A DNA stretch of 64,000 nt. It comes from Akkermansia muciniphila (GTDB taxonomy: Bacteria; Verrucomicrobiota; Verrucomicrobiia; Limisphaerales; UBA9464). Where the stretch lies: assembly GCA_945883815.1 (NCBI GenBank), contig CAMCYJ010000007.1:11717-75716 (forward strand), in the 5' to 3' direction. A program made the position numbers and the translations under genes. The notes under the pieces are model-generated. The model saw only the letters and a list, made by a program, of their open reading frames with translations. It ran no database searches and was not told the origin of the DNA. Positions 56,819 to 64,000 of the stretch are shown here, one piece after another; the first letter of the stretch is position 1, and every line of letters starts with the position of its first letter.

Positions 56819-59800
56819 TCAGACTTCTCGAGCCGTTTGTCCCGCTCGGCGGTGCGCCATGAAGTACAGCACCGGCACGGCCATGCGACTGATCAGGAGC
56901 GAGGCGACCTCACCCGCCATCAAGGAGATGGCTAATCCTTGGAAGATGGGGTCGGCCAGAATCACGGCCGCTCCAACGATCACCGCAGTTGCCGTCAAGA
57001 CCATGGGCCGGAAACGGACCGCGCCCGCCTCGATGACCGCACGGTCGAGGGGCATGCCCTCCCGGAGGCCCTGTTCGATGAAATCGACCAAGATGATCGA
57101 ATTACGGACCACGATCCCCGCCCCTGCCATGAAGCCGATCATGGAGGTTGCCGTGAAAAACGCTCCCATCGCGCCATGGGCCGGCAGGATTCCGACCAAG
57201 GAGAACGGGATGGCCATCATCACCAGGAGCGGCGTCAGGAACGACCGGAACCAACCCACCATGAGCACGTAAATGAGCACCAGCACGGCGGCGAAGGCGA
57301 TGCCTAGGTCGCGGAAAACTTCCAGGGTGATGTGCCATTCGCCGTCCCATTTCATGGAGGGTTCCGCATCCGAGATGGGCATGGAAGCGTTGTGGATGCG
57401 GGGCTTCCCTGGCAGTGCCTCCAGCTTCCGGTTCATCTGGGCGATGGCGTAGACGGGGCTCTCGATGACTCCGGCCACGTCGCCGATCACATAGGTCACG
57501 GGCAAGAGATTCTTCCGGTGGCGACTCTTATCGACGAGGCCGGTCTCGATGCGCACCAATTCGCGGAGGGGCACCAAGGACGGTCCCGACTGAGCACCTC
57601 CCGGTTCGGGCAAGGCATTGGCATCGCCACTGCGGACTCGCAAGGCCAACAGTTCCTCCGGCCGCACCCGGGCCGAGCGCGGCAACTGGAGCACCAGGTT
57701 CACATCCTCCTTCTCGCGGGGCACATGCAACAAGTCCACCGAATCGCCCCCGACGGCGATGCGGAGAGTTTGGGAGATGGTCTCGGCGCTGATACCGACA
57801 AGCGCGGCTTTTTCTTTGTCGATGACGAAACGGCGCTTGGGTTGGTCGGCCTCCACATACCAGTCCACATCGACGACGCCGGGTGTCGACTGGAAGATGG
57901 AACGGACCTGCTCTGCCAGCGCCGCTCGAGCCGCATCGTCGGGGCCGTAGATTTCGGCGACCAACGTCTGGAGAACCGGAGGCCCCGGCGGCACCTCGGC
58001 GATGGCCACACGGGCCCCAAATCGCTGTGCGACCTGGGCCACTGCGGGTCGGATCCGCTTGGCGATGTCATGGCTCTGGGCCTTTCGGGCATGCTTGCCC
58101 ACCAGGTTGACCTGGATGTCAGCGACAGAAGGCCCCCGCCGCAAAAAATAATGCCGCACCAACCCATTGAAATTGAACGGGGAGGCCAACCCCACGTAGA
58201 TCTGGTAATCGGTCACCTCGGGCTCATCTCGCACGGCCGCTGCGATCTCACGGGCCGCCTGGGCTGTGCGCTCCAGCGAACTGCCTTCGGGCATGTTGAG
58301 GATGATCTGGAACTCCGATTTGTTGTCGAAGGGCAGCATCTTCACGGTCACCCAACCTCCAACGACCGTGGCCATGGCTCCCAGGAGCAGAGCCGTGATG
58401 ATACCCAGGAAGGTCCATTGCCAGAGGGGGTGATGGAGCAACGGGTCCATCACTTTGCGGTAGAGCCGCGTCAAAGCGTCCTCAGAGGCGCCGGAGGCAC
58501 CGTGATCTCCACCGGCGTGCAAGGCGGCGAGGCGGGCTTCGCCGCGGAACCATCGCAACATCCGAATGCTGGCCCAGGGCGTGACGATGAAGGCGATGAG
58601 GAGCGACCAGAACATCGCCGCGCTGGCTCCAACGGGGATCGGTCGCATGTAGGGCCCCATCAGACCGCCCACGAAGCCCATGGGCAGCACGGCGGCGATC
58701 ACCGCGAAAGTGGCGAGAATGGTGGGATTGCCCACCTCGCTGACCGCCTCGACCGCAATATCCTTCCACGCCCGGCCGTGGTTTCGAGGCAGGTGAAAAT
58801 GCCGGACGATGTTTTCCACCACCACGATCGCGTCATCGACCAGGATACCGATGCTGAAGATCAGCGCGAAGAGCGTGATCCGGTTCAGCGTGAATCCGTA
58901 CAGGTAGAAAACCAGCAGCGTCAGGGCCAAGGTTGCCGGAATGGCCACGGCCACGATTCCCGATTCACGCCAACCCAGGGTCAACCAGATCAGCAACGAC
59001 ACGCTGACCACCGCGATACCCATGTGGAGCAAGAGCTCGTTGGATTTCTCGGCGGCCGTCTCGCCGTAGTGACGAGTGACCGAAACCGTCACGTCCGCCG
59101 GTATTACGGTGCCCTTCAGCGACTCGACCTTCTGCAGGACATTTTCGGCCACCGAAACCGCGTTGGCCCCCGGACGCTTGCCGATGGCCAGCGTGACGGC
59201 GGGTTCTTCGCGGCTCGCGCCAGCCGGGTTGGAGGCGGCTCCCCAGCCATGGAACACGTAGTTGGAGGGCTCCTCCGGGCCATCCAACACCTCAGCCACC
59301 TCCCGCAAATAAATCGGTCGTCCCCCCAACGCACCCACCACCACGTTGCGGACATCCTCGGCGGTCTGGAGGAATGCGCCGGTCTCGATCACCATCGCCT
59401 GATTCATCGTGGTCAGCTCACCGCTGCGGAACTGGCGATTGGCCTGCTGCAACATCGGGATGATGCCCACCGGGCTGAGCCCGCGGGAGGCCAGGCGCGC
59501 GGGATCCAAGAGCACTCGCAATTCCCGACGGGCCCCGCCGATGACCGTCGTCTCGGCGACCTGCGGCACTTGCTTCACCGCATCATCCACCTGGGCCACC
59601 AGGCGACGCAGGGTCAGGTGATCGTATCGCCCGCTGTGAAAGGTCAGCGCCAGGATGGGAACGTCGTCGATGGACCGGGGCTTGATCAGCGGGAAAGCCA
59701 CCCCATGCGGCATCCGGTCCCGGTTGGCGCGGAGTTTTTCAGACACCTTCACCAGGCTGGCATCGGGATCGGATCCCACCTGGAATCGGACGATGGTCAG

Positions 59801-60109
59801 GGCCTCGCCCTCGCGGGATTGCGAGTAGAGGTACTCCACGCCGGGCACCTCCCAGAGCAGTTTTTCCATGGGGCGTGTGGCCCGCTCCTCGACCTCCAGC
59901 GCCGAAGACCCCGGCATCGCCACCATCACATCCAGCATCGGCACCTGGATTTGTGGTTCCTCTTCGCGCGGCAGCATCAGTACCGCGAAGGCCCCGAGCA
60001 GCACCGAGGCAACCACGATGAGCGGGGTAAGCTTGGAGTCGATGAAGGCGTGAGCGATCCTACCCGCCAATCCATGGACTGAAGAGCTGTTGGGGGGAGT
60101 TTGACTCAC
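56819..60109 (-). CDS. RND efflux permease (AcrB/AcrD/AcrF family)
   Basis: [33 protein letters not shown] and RFRPMVLT. Confidence 0.95.
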   Translation of the reverse strand: MSQTPPNSSSVHGLAGRIAHAFIDSKLTPLIVVASVLLGAFAVLMLPREEEPQIQVPMLDVMVAMPGSSALEVEERATRPMEKLLWEVPGVEYLYSQSREGEALTIVRFQVGSDPDASLVKVSEKLRANRDRMPHGVAFPLIKPRSIDDVPILALTFHSGRYDHLTLRRLVAQVDDAVKQVPQVAETTVIGGARRELRVLLDPARLASRGLSPVGIIPMLQQANRQFRSGELTTMNQAMVIETGAFLQTAEDVRNVVVGALGGRPIYLREVAEVLDGPEEPSNYVFHGWGAASNPAGASREEPAVTLAIGKRPGANAVSVAENVLQKVESLKGTVIPADVTVSVTRHYGETAAEKSNELLLHMGIAVVSVSLLIWLTLGWRESGIVAVAIPATLALTLLVFYLYGFTLNRITLFALIFSIGILVDDAIVVVENIVRHFHLPRNHGRAWKDIAVEAVSEVGNPTILATFAVIAAVLPMGFVGGLMGPYMRPIPVGASAAMFWSLLIAFIVTPWASIRMLRWFRGEARLAALHAGGDHGASGASEDALTRLYRKVMDPLLHHPLWQWTFLGIITALLLGAMATVVGGWVTVKMLPFDNKSEFQIILNMPEGSSLERTAQAAREIAAAVRDEPEVTDYQIYVGLASPFNFNGLVRHYFLRRGPSVADIQVNLVGKHARKAQSHDIAKRIRPAVAQVAQRFGARVAIAEVPPGPPVLQTLVAEIYGPDDAARAALAEQVRSIFQSTPGVVDVDWYVEADQPKRRFVIDKEKAALVGISAETISQTLRIAVGGDSVDLLHVPREKEDVNLVLQLPRSARVRPEELLALRVRSGDANALPEPGGAQSGPSLVPLRELVRIETGLVDKSRHRKNLLPVTYVIGDVAGVIESPVYAIAQMNRKLEALPGKPRIHNASMPISDAEPSMKWDGEWHITLEVFRDLGIAFAAVLVLIYVLMVGWFRSFLTPLLVMMAIPFSLVGILPAHGAMGAFFTATSMIGFMAGAGIVVRNSIILVDFIEQGLREGMPLDRAVIEAGAVRFRPMVLTATAVIVGAAVILADPIFQGLAISLMAGEVASLLISRMAVPVLYFMAHRRAGQTAREV

Positions 60110-61167
60110 GGGATCACCTCCAGCGGCTGCCCCTCACGTACCCGATCTGGCTCCAGCACCACCACCTTCTCTCCCACATCGAGGCCGGAAATCACCTCCA
60201 CATCCGCCGCCAGACGCTTTCCGGTGCGGACAAGTCTCAGTTGGGCCCGGCCCGCGACTGCGACAACCACGTATTCCAACTGTCCCTTCGAGAAAACCGC
60301 GGTGGATGGAACATGAGGCACGGTGGCTTGGCCTGTCGGCACCGCCACCCGACCGAACTGGCCGGCCCGCAATCCTGGCACAACCGGCAAGTCCAAGGTT
60401 ACCCGATAGGTCCGACTGACCGCCTCGGCCACTGGAGCCATTTCCACCACCACGCCTTCGATCGAATCCTTTCGGGAGGCGATGCGCACGGGCAACCGGG
60501 CGCCGGATAAAATCTCGTCGATCAGGGCTTCCGGAACATCCGCCTCGAAGCGCAGGTGCGTCGGATCCTCGATTTCCACCAAAGGCCTCCCCGGAGTGGC
60601 CAAGTCGCCGACATCCACCGCCTTGCGGGTGATGACCCCGTCAAAGGGAGCCACAACCCGGGCGTGGCCCAGAATGGTCTCCATCTCGGACACCGCGGCC
60701 AGGGCCATGCGGTGCCGGGACTGGACCGCCTCCAGTTCGGAGGGCGTGGCCGCACCGTCCTTGAGCAGCCTGCCCACCCGTTCAAGATCCCGCACCAGTT
60801 GATCCAAGACAGCTTTCGCGGAATCGAGACGGGCCTGAGTCTCACGGGCATCCAACGTGGCCAGAAGCTGCCCCTGACGGACCGTTTGACCCGGCGCCAC
60901 GCCGAGCGACTCGATCCGGCCGGCGACCTTGGCCTCCACGGTCGCATGCAACCGGGTCCGGACGGTGCCCACCACCTCCTCGGTGGCGGTGAAGCCATGG
61001 CTCTCCACGGCGACCAGTCGCACCTTGGCCACCGCTGCAGCTGAGGGAGCTCCAGTGCCGGACGAGGCGGATCGCGGGTCCGGGCCACAACCCGCCAGCA
61101 GGCAAAGAAGGCTCAAGGACACCACGCCAGCCCCGATCTTGGGGCCGTTTTGAGAAAACGGGTTCAT
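60106..61167 (-). CDS. RND efflux periplasmic adaptor (MFP) subunit, probable lipoprotein
   Basis: LLAGC lipobox, AKVAGRIE...V..GQ.V..GQLL and APFDGVI. Confidence 0.93.
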   Translation of the reverse strand: MNPFSQNGPKIGAGVVSLSLLCLLAGCGPDPRSASSGTGAPSAAAVAKVRLVAVESHGFTATEEVVGTVRTRLHATVEAKVAGRIESLGVAPGQTVRQGQLLATLDARETQARLDSAKAVLDQLVRDLERVGRLLKDGAATPSELEAVQSRHRMALAAVSEMETILGHARVVAPFDGVITRKAVDVGDLATPGRPLVEIEDPTHLRFEADVPEALIDEILSGARLPVRIASRKDSIEGVVVEMAPVAEAVSRTYRVTLDLPVVPGLRAGQFGRVAVPTGQATVPHVPSTAVFSKGQLEYVVVAVAGRAQLRLVRTGKRLAADVEVISGLDVGEKVVVLEPDRVREGQPLEVIP

Positions 61168-61182
61168 GGGAAACTCAGACCG

Positions 61183-61644
61183 TCAACGGATGGACTGCTG
61201 GATGAAGCTCTTCAGTCGGGTGGCGGACATGGCCCCCGAGGTCCGGGCGACCTCCGTGCCGCGGTGGAAGAGCACGAAGGTGGGGATGGATTGAATGCGG
61301 TGCTCGGAGGCCACCTCGGGCAGCGCCTCGGTATCGACCTTCACGATCAGGGCCTCGCCGTCCATCAGGCCCGCCAGCCGCTCGATCTCCGGGGCCACGC
61401 TCCGGCAGGGGCCGCACCACGGGGCCCAGAAATCCACGAACACCGGGCACGGCACCTCGGCCACCAAGGCCCGGAAGCTTTGGGGATCGGCCACCTCGAC
61501 CACGGCGGCGGGTCTTGGCAACTCCTCCTTGCAACGACCGCAGCGGACGACCGCATCCCACTGGCGATAGACCTGCCGATTGGCCTGGGAACAGGACGGG
61601 CAGGAAAGGATCAGACCTCGGCTGTCAGCTGTCAGATGAGCCAT
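61183..61644 (-). CDS. trxC: Thioredoxin 2 (TrxC type) with N-terminal zinc finger
   Basis: CPSC...CGRC zinc motif followed by VDFWAPWCGPC. Confidence 0.92.
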   Translation of the reverse strand: MAHLTADSRGLILSCPSCSQANRQVYRQWDAVVRCGRCKEELPRPAAVVEVADPQSFRALVAEVPCPVFVDFWAPWCGPCRSVAPEIERLAGLMDGEALIVKVDTEALPEVASEHRIQSIPTFVLFHRGTEVARTSGAMSATRLKSFIQQSIR

Positions 61645-61647
61645 GAT

Positions 61648-61869
61648 TCAACGTCCCTGATCCGAGGGGGCGCAGCAACTGCCAGACCCGATCCCGAACC
61701 GCTTGAGCACGATCCCAGCCGGGCAGAACCCGGTGAAGGCCGACTGGATGAGGTTGACGCCGACAAAGCCGGTCAGAAACAGCCAATGGGGGTTCACAAA
61801 GTGGGCCAGGACCAAGCTGATCAGGATCATCGATCCAGCCAGCACACGGATCAGTTTCTCGGTTGTCAT
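61648..61869 (-). CDS. DUF2892 (YgaP-like) small membrane protein
   Basis: EKLIRVLAG...GFVGVNLIQSAFTGFCP. Confidence 0.9.
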   Translation of the reverse strand: MTTEKLIRVLAGSMILISLVLAHFVNPHWLFLTGFVGVNLIQSAFTGFCPAGIVLKRFGIGSGSCCAPSDQGR

Positions 61870-61914
61870 TGGGTCGGGATTGAGATCGTCAGATGTCGCT
61901 TAATTGTTTTATGA

Positions 61915-61942
61915 GTCTATAATCATTCTTTGATACGTCAAT
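61915..61942 (-). promoter_or_regulatory. Putative sigma-70 promoter of the DUF2892-trxC-RND operon with a spacer palindrome
   Basis: Minus strand TTGACG-N16-TAGACT; ATCA-N5-TGAT lies within the spacer. Confidence 0.5.
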
Positions 61943-62158
61943 ACTGTTCTACTCCTCGAACCATGTCCGTCGGACGGGCTCGGTCGCCCGCTGATGGACC
62001 ATCCCGCAAATCGTTTCACATCCCAGCGGGGCCTCGGTGGCGCATCGGGGGTTTTGCGTTATCCTAACGTAGGATTAACGCGGGCTTGACGCATCCTCGG
62101 CTGAAGTTGATCCCGTGGTTCCGGAGATCCGGAGCCCGCAGACAAACGGATCCTTTTT

Positions 62159-62722
62159 ATGCAACTTCCCATGCTTCGACGCTTCATCGGGCTGATGGCC
62201 CTGCTGGCCAGCCTCTGCGCCGGGTCGGGCCTCCGGGCCCAACCGGTCTCTCCGCAATCGCTGTCCGAGGACGGCGCGACCTTCCAGCGCATCGGCGCGA
62301 AGACCTTCCGCTGGATGTCCATCCTCAAGGTCTATGACGCCTCCCTGCATCTCGGGGCCGGGGAGCCGCCCGAGCGGGTGTTCGCCGACATCCCCATGCG
62401 CCTGCACCTGGTCTACCACCGCGGCTTCACCGCGGCCGAGATCGTCCAGGGAGGCGACACCCTCCTGGCCCGCAATGTCGACGCCGCCACCCTGACCTCG
62501 TTGCGCGACCGGCTCGATCGGTTCAATGCAACCTACCGGAACGTCAAACCCGGCGACAGCTACACGCTCACCTACGTCCCCAGGGCGGGCACCACGCTCC
62601 GACTCAACGGCTCCGCGCTGATCACCGTCCCGGGACACGATTTCGCCGCCGCCTATTTCCGCATCTGGCTGGGCGACAAGCCCATCAACGACTCCCTCCG
62701 CGACGCCCTCCTTGGGCGTTGA
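62159..62722 (+). CDS. Chalcone isomerase-like family protein (exported)
   Basis: Signal peptide; GAKTFRWMSILKVYDASL, VKPGDSYTLTY and FAAAYFRIWLGDKP. Confidence 0.88.
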   Translation: MQLPMLRRFIGLMALLASLCAGSGLRAQPVSPQSLSEDGATFQRIGAKTFRWMSILKVYDASLHLGAGEPPERVFADIPMRLHLVYHRGFTAAEIVQGGDTLLARNVDAATLTSLRDRLDRFNATYRNVKPGDSYTLTYVPRAGTTLRLNGSALITVPGHDFAAAYFRIWLGDKPINDSLRDALLGR

Positions 62723-62723
62723 A

Positions 62724-62778
62724 CCTGCCCCACACCGCCTGCCCCACACCGCCTGCCCCCTGCCGCCCCCCTGCCGCC
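62724..62778. repeat. C-rich tandem repeats: (CCTGCCCCACACCG)x2 plus partial, then CCCTGCCGCC x2
   Basis: Read directly from the intergenic sequence. Confidence 0.8.
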
Positions 62779-62805
62779 GAAGACCGAACTCCGACCCCGC
62801 CTCCC

Positions 62806-63231
62806 ATGATCCGATTCCTGCGCCTGTTGTTCTTCCTGATCCTCGCCACCATGACCTGGGGCACCCTCCGGGCCAGCCTTGCCGAGGCGCTGTTCAGCAT
62901 CCCGCCGGAGGTCTACCGGAACCCCTGGTTCCAGGTGACGCTGCTCGATGCCTACTTCGCGTTCGTCACGGTCTTCGTCTGGGTGGCCTGGAAGGAGCGC
63001 CGCCTCAGCGCCCGCATCCTCTGGGGCGTGGCGATCGCCCTGTGGGGCAATTTCGCCATGGCCGCCTACCTCCTCCGGGAGTTGTTCCTCGTGCCCGCCG
63101 ACGGCGACCTCGCGCAGGTCTTCGGAACGCGCCGCGACGCGGGACTCCGCCTGCCGTCCGCCTTCGTGGTGGTCGGCGTGGGCGTGTACCTGCTGGGCGC
63201 GAAACAGGTACTCTTCCCGACTGCCCCGTGA
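62806..63231 (+). CDS. DUF1475-family membrane protein
   Basis: NPWFQVTLLDAYFAFVTVFVWVAWKE and LWGNFAMAAY. Confidence 0.85.
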   Translation: MIRFLRLLFFLILATMTWGTLRASLAEALFSIPPEVYRNPWFQVTLLDAYFAFVTVFVWVAWKERRLSARILWGVAIALWGNFAMAAYLLRELFLVPADGDLAQVFGTRRDAGLRLPSAFVVVGVGVYLLGAKQVLFPTAP

Positions 63232-63770
63232 ATACCCCCGGACCGGATCCCGCCGCCACGGCCGTACGCCCCGGCTTCTGGCGTCGACGCCTTGTCGATC
63301 CCCTGGTCGCCCTGCTGACCCAGGGCGTCACGCCCGACCGGCTCGCCGCCACCCTTGCGGTGGGCTCGGTCTGCTCCCTGTTTCCGTTCCTGGGCGCAAC
63401 CTCCGCGCTGAACCTCGGTGTAGGCCTTTGGCTGCGGATGACCCAGCCGGTGCTCCAAGGCTTGAACCAACTGCTGGGACCGGTGCAGGTGGCCATGATC
63501 CTCGTATATGTGCGCATCGGGGAACGGATCTGGCGAGCACCCGAGGCGGACCGCTTCAGCCTCGGGGAAATGATGCGGGCCTTCGGTGAGCTTCCGTTCA
63601 CCGGGTTTCTGCAGCGCTTCGGGCAGGCAGGCGTACACGCCTTCACCGCCTGGGCCCTGACCGCCCCGTTGCTCATGGCCGCGATCTACCTGCCCCTTAG
63701 GCCGGTGTTCCGCCGTTGGGCGACCTCCGGAACCTCCGACCGGGACCGATCGACAAAACCAACGCCATGA
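63228..63770 (+). CDS. DUF2062-family membrane protein
   Basis: LLTQGVTPDRLAATLAVG...FPFLGAT; GTG start overlaps the upstream stop (GTGA). Confidence 0.8.
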   Translation: MNTPGPDPAATAVRPGFWRRRLVDPLVALLTQGVTPDRLAATLAVGSVCSLFPFLGATSALNLGVGLWLRMTQPVLQGLNQLLGPVQVAMILVYVRIGERIWRAPEADRFSLGEMMRAFGELPFTGFLQRFGQAGVHAFTAWALTAPLLMAAIYLPLRPVFRRWATSGTSDRDRSTKPTP

Positions 63771-64000
63771 CAGACACCGTCTTCCAACCGCTCCTGGCGC
63801 TGGCTGGCCTGGCCCTCCTCTTCGCCGGCGCGTTTCGAGTCTGCCGCCGGCTCGACAACTACGGCTTCGTGGATGTCGTCTGGTCCTACGCCTTCGGGCT
63901 GTTGGCCGGGTTCTATGCGATGGTAGGCCGGGGCTGGCCGTTTCGGCGCATGATCCTCGCGGTCCTGGTGGGGATCTGGAGTCTCCGGCTGGGATCTCAT
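63767..64000 (+). CDS. DUF1295-family (steroid 5-alpha-reductase-like) membrane protein, N-terminal part; runs off the window
   Basis: Hand translation MTDTVFQPLLALAGL...RRLDNYGFVDVVWS...IWSLRLG; ATG overlaps the upstream stop (ATGA). Confidence 0.82.
   Translation, partial: MTDTVFQPLLALAGLALLFAGAFRVCRRLDNYGFVDVVWSYAFGLLAGFYAMVGRGWPFRRMILAVLVGIWSLRLGSH

Noticed and set aside
52246-64000. Possible genomic island integrated at the tRNA-Glu 3' end
   Set aside because: No integrase, no duplicated tRNA 3' end found by eye, and the downstream genes have host-like composition.
1-64000. CRISPR arrays, transposases, integrases, prophage genes and rRNA
   Set aside because: No regularly spaced repeats or recognisable motifs of these classes were seen.

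Overview
High-GC bacterial chromosomal window with PVC-superphylum hallmarks: DUF1501 with DUF1549/DUF1553 and DUF1800 pairs, a PVC-type CxxCH heme protein, prepilin-type H-X9-DG proteins and the DapL lysine pathway. Verrucomicrobiota is the most likely origin (inference). It holds about 46 supportable CDS and two tRNAs (Lys-TTT, Glu-TTC). Housekeeping genes are amt (partial), glnII, trxA, panC, dapF, dapL, hemB, a PGM/PMM, an FKBP PPIase and a SWIM-SNF2 ATPase. No CRISPR array, integrase or transposase was seen. Most interesting signals: (1) a 124-aa minimal protein kinase plus a PP2C phosphatase between the ammonium transporter and glutamine synthetase II; (2) three Tat-exported DUF1501 proteins, each paired with a DUF1800 or DUF1549/1553 partner carrying a different inserted glycan-binding-like beta-sandwich, two of them apparently circularly permuted; (3) a secreted mosaic protein with a gingipain (C25)-like region lacking an obvious catalytic Cys; (4) an HtrA-like PDZ protein with no protease motifs; (5) a flavin-dependent halogenase-like gene upstream of a MoaD/NIL pair; (6) an isolated low-GC gene; (7) several non-coding palindromes and repeats. 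All domain names come from motif recognition by eye, not database searches.
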